Both the position numbers and the translations under genes were made by a program. This document shows positions 61,201 to 64,000 of a DNA stretch of 64,000 nt, piece after piece. Below the pieces are notes generated by a model. It was not told the origin of the DNA. It saw only the letters and a program-made list of their open reading frames with translations, and searched no databases. Source of the DNA: Sphyrna mokarran (taxonomy: Eukaryota); the NCBI GenBank assembly GCA_024679065.1, contig JAGIQG010000002.1, positions 64,170,001-64,234,000 on the forward strand, read 5' to 3'. Each line of letters begins with the position of its first letter. Positions within the stretch are counted from its first letter, which is position 1.

Positions 61201-63535
61201 GCAGAGGGACCTGGGGGTCCTTGTGCACGAATCGCAAAAACACAGTATGCAGGTGCAGCAGGTGATCAAGAAGGCAAATGCAATGTTGGCGTTTATAGCT
61301 AGGGGGATAGAATATAAAAGTAGGGAGGCTCTGTTGCAGCTGTATAGGGTGCTGGTGAGGCCGCAGCTGGAGTACTGTGTGCAGTTTTGGTCGCCGCATT
61401 CGAGGAAGGATATATTGGCCTTGGAGGGGGTGCAGAGAAGGTTTACTAGGCTGATACTGGAGATGAGGGCATTGGATTATGAGGAGAGACTCAATAGGCT
61501 AGGTTTGTACTCTTTGGACTTTAGAAGGCTGAGAGGGGATCTAATAGAGACGTGTAAGATAATGAAGGGGATGGATAGGGTAGAGGTTGAGAGACTCTTC
61601 CCGCTTAACAAAGATAGCAGGACTAGAGGGCACAGCCTCAAGATTCGGGGGGGGGGGGGGGGGGGGGTGGTTCAGATTGGAGTTGCAGAGGAGTTTCTTC
61701 ACGCAGAGGGTGGTGAATCTTTGGAATTCTCTGCCTGATGAGGTGGTGGAGGCCCTCACTAAATATGTTCAAGTCAAGAGTGGGTAGGTTTTTAATTGAC
61801 AAGGGAATTAAGGGTTATGGGGAGAAAGTGGGAAAGTGATACTGAACCACTACAGATCAGCCATGATCTTATTGAATGCCGGGGCAGGCTCGAGGGGCTG
61901 TATGTCCTACTCCTGCTCCTATTTCTTATGTTCTTATGTTCTTAAAACAAAGTGTGGTTGGCTAGCTAAGGTTATTCAGGCATGCCTGACAAAGTTGAGA
62001 GAGGCAGTGACTGACAGGTCAGTGGAGGTCATCACCCAGAAATGGCTCTTCCTGCAAGATGTCCGAACAGAAGGCCTTCCCAACCTACCGTCAGGCCACC
62101 AGCTCTACCTAGTAATCTCACCACATGGCATGGGTATTTTCTGTGCCTATTAAAATAACAGCAGTAGTAAGAAGAGGGCCTTAAGCCTCATTAGTTGGCG
62201 CAGATTCTGGCCATAAGCTGGGTTGACAACAAGTGTGTGACAAATTTCCTGTTCCAGGGAGACCTCATGTATAACGGGGTATTTGATAAAATATGTGCTG
62301 CGGCTTAATAACTGTCCAGAAGTAAAGTTCCTGCACCATAGTTGTCAAGTCAATAGACAATCAAAGTCACTTGATAGAACATGTCTGTTTATATGGCTAG
62401 GGTTAATCCGTTTGTTCAATGTTGGTACCAGTTCGGTGGTGACCTGAGAAGAGCTACCAGAAACATTACCTGTAAAGTCCTGACCATTAATGGAGTCAGG
62501 TAACCAGTATAGTAGTTACATCCCACATATTGGAGGCAAGTTTCCATAAACTAGGTGCTAAAGATCAATATCAAGGTTAGGATAGGACATGACCAGCTTT
62601 GATTTGAAGGTAGTCATGGGTTCATCCTTGTTTAAGCAGTCTATTTCAGATCATTGATGATTCAGTGAGGTCCCCTGTTACCTGTATCAAAACCATACAG
62701 TACAGTAATGGTCAAGTGACATGACAGAGCTCCGCGGCCTATGCATAAATACATGCTGCCTACTGGCTTTTATCCTAAAACCCAAGTACCATATCATACC
62801 ATGATTCTAACTGTTCTGATTTAAGAAAGATGCAAATAATTATTAAACGCCATGGACTTTCAGCCTTTGTTGCAAGGACACAAGGCTGGGATTCTTTCCA
62901 ATTTGGAGATCGGTATAATTTCAAAAACATTGGCAAACCACCAATAGTTAGATGTTGTGACACAGTTTGCTAGTTTGGATCTTTCCAAAATCCCAGGCCA
63001 CGTTCTGTTCAGTTCTGTCCAGTCTGGCATCCTGAAACAGGTATTTGTCTCCTGAATTGGCACATGTCACGGGCTTAATGCCTGTTTTAAGGAGGGCACC
63101 CTGAGCATACTTATGGTTTGTGTGGGGGTGTGGGGAGAATCATGCAGTCAAAATTGTGCCTAGTATTTGTTTCTCTATTCATTTTGTTTCAATATTGGCA
63201 GGTATAAAAGTAACCAATTTCCACCTGACCTCTGTCTGTGTGACACAGTGGACAAGGTCACTGAGCACCTAAATCCAATCCATTTGTTTTAATGAAAATC
63301 TCCATCCATGTTTTAGATTCCTTTTATTTCTATCTGCAACATTTTGCACTGAAACTACAGGTGAGTTCACCACATTTGAGGTAACACCTAGAATTAGGAG
63401 CTCCTCATGTCTTTACTTACTTCTTCCAGTCGAAGTTCTTTCTCAAATACAAGTTTGCGCACCATAGCAGCCACGGAAATAAGCCATGCCAACATCATTA
63501 ATAATGGAAAAAAGAAGCCAGTGTTGTTGAGAAAC
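1151..63535 (-). CDS. ABCA13: ATP-binding cassette subfamily A member 13, internal portion (18 exons; gene extends beyond both window ends)
   Basis: 18 exons with GT-AG boundaries and compatible phases splice into one open frame. Peptides [39 protein letters not shown]...[11 protein letters not shown] and GITLYSHPY match ABCA13 as I recall it rather than ABCA1/4/7/12. Confidence 0.9.
1476..1790 (+). mobile_element. tRNA-derived SINE (unclassified elasmobranch family)
   Basis: B-box-like ggttcaaatcc; homologous inverted copy at 18668-19168. Confidence 0.65.
2750..3010 (+). mobile_element. Degraded L2-type LINE 3' end
   Basis: [15 protein letters not shown]...[11 protein letters not shown] peptide and ctatgtaaatgca tail. 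Confidence 0.6.
3140..3248 (-). CDS. ABCA13: ABCA13 exon (ECD2): [36 protein letters not shown]
   Basis: ctactcatag|GTG...TACG|gtatga; 109 nt. Confidence 0.94.
4710..4912. repeat. Long imperfect palindrome (~90-bp arms, ~20-bp loop), MITE-like
   Basis: 4710-4801 vs reverse complement of 4822-4912: 11 mismatches and 1 gap by manual alignment. Confidence 0.9.
5676..6010 (-). mobile_element. HE1-like V-SINE nested in a short TIR element (~5609-6073)
   Basis: tRNA head gtggcacagcggttagcactgctgcctcacag, V-domain gtgggtttcctctggttgctccggtttcatccc, CR1-like tail. Confidence 0.85.
6640..7370 (-). mobile_element. RTE-clade LINE reverse transcriptase fragment
   Basis: [16 protein letters not shown]...[28 protein letters not shown]. 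Confidence 0.85.
7416..9377. repeat. Local inverted duplication: arms 7416-7787 and 9002-9377
   Basis: Arms are reverse complements over ~370 bp, including long exact runs. Confidence 0.92.
8362..8995 (-). mobile_element. Rex1/Babar-type LINE, 5'-truncated
   Basis: [15 protein letters not shown]...TNFY..TIESIL..C.TAWYG; aataaatcaaatcaaa tail. Confidence 0.85.
9622..9905 (-). mobile_element. HE1-like V-SINE
   Basis: Homologous to 5676-6010. Confidence 0.8.
10165..10460 (+). mobile_element. Deu-domain SINE (SacSINE1-like)
   Basis: gagggagtgctgcac...gaggtgcc...gatcccatgg...aagagcag...gccaatacttatcc, recognised as a Deu domain; partial second copy at ~16365-16520. Confidence 0.6.
10730..10817 (-). 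CDS. ABCA13: ABCA13 exon (ECD2): [30 protein letters not shown]
   Basis: attaacag|ATTA...GAAG|gtaaga; 88 nt. Confidence 0.92.
11030..11212 (+). mobile_element. CR1 LINE ORF2 C-terminal fragment
   Basis: [17 protein letters not shown]...MF...SRTRG motif. Confidence 0.7.
11213..12205 (+). mobile_element. Rex1/Babar-type LINE, 5'-truncated and decayed
   Basis: Homologous to 16880-18050 and 8362-8995; aataagtcaaatcaaa tail. Confidence 0.85.
12210..12860 (-). mobile_element. CR1 LINE APE endonuclease/linker fragment
   Basis: IMGDFN...[26 protein letters not shown]. Confidence 0.8.
13340..13467 (-). CDS. ABCA13: ABCA13 exon (ECD2): [42 protein letters not shown]
   Basis: gccttctag|CAA...AAAG|gtaagg; 128 nt; ABCA NLTG.N..DYL motif. 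Confidence 0.92.
13850..14370 (+). mobile_element. CR1 LINE 3' fragment (old)
   Basis: Similar to the other CR1 ORF2 C-terminal copies. Confidence 0.7.
14841..14855 (+). promoter_or_regulatory. CTCF-like motif
   Basis: TCACCAGATGGCACT resembles the CTCF core; motif match only. Confidence 0.3.
15763..15938. mobile_element. Short Penelope-derived element with two head-to-head hammerhead-like motifs
   Basis: Symmetry axis caggtgag-a-ctcacctg; motifs at 15772-15806 (-) and 15812-15846 (+). Confidence 0.8.
16099..16174 (-). CDS. ABCA13: ABCA13 exon (ECD2): [25 protein letters not shown]
   Basis: cttacaaacag|TAAC...TCAG|gtagga; 76 nt; CW...CxC pattern; phase 2 to 0. Confidence 0.87.
16880..18050 (+). 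mobile_element. Rex1/Babar-type LINE, 5'-truncated
   Basis: [44 protein letters not shown]; aataaatcaaatcaaatc tail. Confidence 0.88.
18050..19606. repeat. Local inverted duplication: arms ~18050-18345 and ~19295-19606
   Basis: Arms are reverse complements, covering a partial SINE and the sequence on both sides of it. Confidence 0.9.
18668..19168 (-). mobile_element. tRNA-derived SINE interrupted by a CR1 3' tail (18768-18937, + strand)
   Basis: Homology to 1476-1790; insert is nearly identical to 61767-61943. Confidence 0.75.
20345..21205 (+). mobile_element. Old CR1 LINE 3' portion
   Basis: [30 protein letters not shown]. Confidence 0.75.
22493..22582 (-). CDS. ABCA13: ABCA13 exon (ECD2): [29 protein letters not shown]
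   Basis: ctctctacag|TTCT...ATCA|gtaagt; 90 nt; phase 2-2. Confidence 0.87.
23365..23632 (-). mobile_element. HE1-like V-SINE
   Basis: tRNA head and V-domain homologous to the other copies. Confidence 0.75.
24839..25742. mobile_element. Non-autonomous TIR element with GC-rich interior
   Basis: GC-rich island in AT-rich intron; ends resemble those of 32253-32565 (gattctc ... gggagaat). Confidence 0.5.
26216..26465 (-). CDS. ABCA13: ABCA13 exon, start of TMD2 ([35 protein letters not shown]...SFF)
   Basis: cttccataag|GTGCA...TCAG|gtaaga; 250 nt. Confidence 0.95.
27659..27761 (-). CDS. ABCA13: ABCA13 exon: [34 protein letters not shown]
   Basis: ctttcatcag|GTG...GACA|gtgagt; 103 nt; completes the TTLEE-VFLK motif. 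Confidence 0.92.
28120..28815 (+). mobile_element. CR1 LINE 3' portion
   Basis: [12 protein letters not shown]...MLAFI..GIEFK...LVR.HLE.SVQFW. Confidence 0.85.
29112..29342 (-). CDS. ABCA13: ABCA13 exon, regulatory domain 1 (PYIVGSD...[13 protein letters not shown])
   Basis: atttcaatag|CCC...GAG|gtaggg; 231 nt. Confidence 0.94.
30092..30249 (-). CDS. ABCA13: ABCA13 exon, H-loop ([22 protein letters not shown]...[11 protein letters not shown])
   Basis: tttttgctag|ATCG...AAAG|gtgtgc; 158 nt. Confidence 0.95.
31100..32100 (+). mobile_element. Decayed CR1 ORF1 (zinc-finger/esterase-type) region, interrupted by a MITE
   Basis: Fragmentary DSII...IDTVLC...LCCL..AKVKDIS motifs. Confidence 0.5.
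31170..31294. mobile_element. MITE with GGCC-start TIRs and CAA target-site duplication
   Basis: caa|ggcctggatttta...taaaattccggcc|caa. Confidence 0.75.
32253..32565. mobile_element. MITE with TIRs and CAT target-site duplication
   Basis: cat|aaccaggattct...agaatcctggcc|cat. Confidence 0.7.
33551..33747 (-). CDS. ABCA13: ABCA13 exon, NBD1 signature LSGGTKRKL and Walker B/D-loop [12 protein letters not shown]
   Basis: ccttccag|GGCA...AGAA|gtaagg; 197 nt; not in ORF track. Confidence 0.96.
35240..36490 (-). mobile_element. Penelope-like element (family 1), 3' portion with GIY-YIG endonuclease region
   Basis: [26 protein letters not shown]; GCPEA; terminal repeat with hammerhead-like motif at ~35297-35340. 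Confidence 0.85.
36568..37620 (+). mobile_element. Penelope-like element (family 1), inverted partner copy
   Basis: [21 protein letters not shown]...[11 protein letters not shown]...[16 protein letters not shown]; reverse complement of ~35262-36260. Confidence 0.88.
37508..37546 (+). ncRNA. Minimal type I hammerhead ribozyme-like motif with intact core
   Basis: TAC-CTGACGA-AAGGGCAGCAAGCATTCT-GAAA-GCTA-GTG; palindromic AGCT stem III; located in a Penelope terminal repeat. Confidence 0.65.
38649..38867 (-). CDS. ABCA13: ABCA13 exon, NBD1 Q-loop region ([12 protein letters not shown]...[10 protein letters not shown]...LTVREHL)
   Basis: cttcatag|GTCA...AAAAT|gtaagt; 219 nt. Confidence 0.96.
39936..40134 (-). 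CDS. ABCA13: ABCA13 exon, NBD1 start with Walker A (GPNGAGKTT)
   Basis: cttttatag|GAGAA...ACAAT|gtgagt; 199 nt. Confidence 0.96.
41927..43245 (-). mobile_element. Young CR1 LINE, 5'-truncated, RT domain with one frameshift
   Basis: ORFs 42468-43259 and 42124-42492: [43 protein letters not shown]; (ttctatg)n tail. Confidence 0.95.
43560..44110. repeat. C-rich low-complexity tract (G-rich on the ABCA13 sense strand)
   Basis: Degenerate ccctccaa/ccttcccc units; almost no G on the + strand. Confidence 0.8.
44166..44485 (-). mobile_element. HE1-like V-SINE
   Basis: Homologous to 5676-6010. Confidence 0.85.
45515..46240 (-). mobile_element. CR1 LINE 3' portion
   Basis: [30 protein letters not shown]; CR1-type tail. 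Confidence 0.88.
47043..47069 (-). CDS. Candidate 27-nt micro-exon (GTDSNSRDK) in the TMD1-NBD1 linker
   Basis: ctttatttgtttatttttaatgacag|GAACAGATAGCAATAGCAGGGACAAAG|gtatag; phase 1-1 matches the host intron and has no stop; no homology support. Confidence 0.4.
47371..47384 (-). promoter_or_regulatory. CTCF-like motif
   Basis: CCACCAGGGGGAGC, one difference from consensus CCACCAGGGGGCGC; motif match only. Confidence 0.4.
48558..48780. mobile_element. Short Penelope-derived palindromic element with two head-to-head hammerhead-like motifs
   Basis: Inverted arms ~48600-48680 and ~48694-48775; motifs at 48645-48679 (-) and 48694-48728 (+). Confidence 0.82.
49820..49972 (-). CDS. ABCA13: ABCA13 exon: [22 protein letters not shown]...QQMNMK
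   Basis: tattttag|GTAAA...AAAG|gtaaag; 153 nt; ABCA PWYFPF..YW motif. Confidence 0.93.
50240..51100 (+). mobile_element. Internally deleted CR1 (ORF1 zinc-finger part joined to ORF2 end/3' tail)
   Basis: ENYIC.KCHQLQ-like motif, then TKGYSFK...FFTQK.VG.W-like region and aatgggccgaatggcctccttctg tail. Confidence 0.6.
51932..52951. mobile_element. Non-autonomous TIR element (~1 kb) containing a minisatellite
   Basis: aat|aggcctgattttaccat...atggtaaaatagggccc|aat. Confidence 0.75.
52336..52585. repeat. Minisatellite, ~6 copies of a ~43-bp unit (gctgccactctgcctgagatcagtgagggg...)
   Basis: Directly visible tandem units. Confidence 0.9.
53678..53812 (-). CDS. ABCA13: ABCA13 exon: [45 protein letters not shown]
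   Basis: ctttttag|GAATC...CCTG|gtatga; 135 nt. Confidence 0.95.
55788..55857 (-). CDS. ABCA13: ABCA13 exon: [23 protein letters not shown]
   Basis: ctctctag|TGC...ACAG|gtaaga; 70 nt; phase 0 to 1. Confidence 0.92.
56280..58790 (-). mobile_element. Penelope-like element (family 2), decayed RT and GIY-YIG C-terminus, interrupted by CR1
   Basis: [16 protein letters not shown]...FKIVS...[10 protein letters not shown]; YALKDSFTF...FANVPLKEA...IELM RT-like fragments; terminus repeated at ~60662-60740. Confidence 0.7.
56580..57405 (+). mobile_element. CR1 LINE 3' portion (young)
   Basis: ORFs 56545-56856 and 56876-57322; gtgttctatgtcctatgttcta tail. Confidence 0.93.
58993..59310 (-). mobile_element. 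HE1-like V-SINE
   Basis: Homologous to 5676-6010. Confidence 0.8.
59647..59976 (-). CDS. ABCA13: ABCA13 exon (TMD1): [19 protein letters not shown]...[12 protein letters not shown]
   Basis: ttctacag|TAT...ATT|gtaagt; 330 nt; inside ORF 59440-60006. Confidence 0.95.
60118..60660 (+). mobile_element. CR1 LINE 3' portion, same subfamily as 56580-57405
   Basis: Near-identical peptide ([35 protein letters not shown]) and tail. Confidence 0.93.
61070..61943 (+). mobile_element. CR1 LINE 3' portion (young) containing a G21 run
   Basis: ORF 61073-61738; (ttcttatg)n tail; G run at 61647-61667. Confidence 0.93.
63421..63535 (-). CDS. ABCA13: ABCA13 exon (TMD1): [38 protein letters not shown]
   Basis: cttcctgacag|GTTT...GAAGAA|gtaagt; 115 nt; not in ORF track. 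Confidence 0.93.
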
Positions 63536-64000
63536 CTGTCAGGAAGAGTTGTATTAACACAATTAATTTATCCAATAAGTTAAACAGAACGCCACAATTT
63601 GTCCCAAGACAAGGCAAACATTTTGGAATTTAAAATTCATTACATGAATAAAAGAAAAAACAAATTGCACTTTTGCTTCAGTAAATCTGAAAAGCACTGA
63701 AATGTTTTATATGTAATGCAATAATTGGGTGCAGCCACCAGAAAATGACAAGGGGACATACTTTATAACTTTGAACTTATGGTAAACTGTGGTTACTTTT
63801 CATTTTTGTAAATTAACAGATAACGAAAGTACAATACTTTTCACTTCTTGCATATGGTAGGAAAATCAGATATTCCTGGTCAGGTATATCATGGTTCATT
63901 GTAGGGTAAAGCTCCTTCTGTTCCAGCCAAATAAATTAGCACGGTCTGCTTGCTCAACTTTTGGAACGATTCATTTTGGATAAGACGTGTTAGCCATGGA

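Noticed and set aside
61945-63110. Sequence with possible decayed coding character
   Set aside because: No recognisable motif or splice-compatible exon; left unclassified
1-64000. Remaining short ORFs in the six-frame track; prokaryote-style RT systems (retron, DGR, group II intron); U12 or GC-AG introns
   Set aside because: Short ORFs are chance frames or antisense to TEs and exons; all RT fragments are eukaryotic LINE or Penelope types; all inferred introns are ordinary GT-AG

Overview
This is vertebrate genomic DNA, almost certainly from a shark or other elasmobranch (HE1/V-SINEs, Deu-type SINEs, CR1, Rex1/Babar, RTE and Penelope-like elements). The whole window lies inside one minus-strand gene, an ABCA13 orthologue. 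I assembled 18 GT-AG exons by hand (63535 down to 1151; 2706 nt, 901 full codons). They splice into one uninterrupted frame covering TMD1, NBD1 (Walker A, Q-loop, signature, Walker B, H-loop), the regulatory region, the first TMD2 helix and most of ECD2; the gene continues beyond both window edges. A possible extra 27-nt micro-exon lies at 47043-47069. Introns are filled with decayed transposons, and most entries in the ORF track are spurious or TE fragments. The most unusual signals are: (1) nine hammerhead-ribozyme-like motifs from two Penelope-like families, including two short head-to-head twin-ribozyme palindromic elements, with every copy lacking the CpG expected at catalytic G12; (2) several long fold-back structures, namely two local inverted duplications next to Rex1/Babar LINE ends, a ~200-bp hairpin and an inverted Penelope pair with ~1-kb arms. 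There is no CRISPR, rRNA, tRNA or prokaryotic system. Repeat boundaries are approximate and family names come from recognition, not database search.
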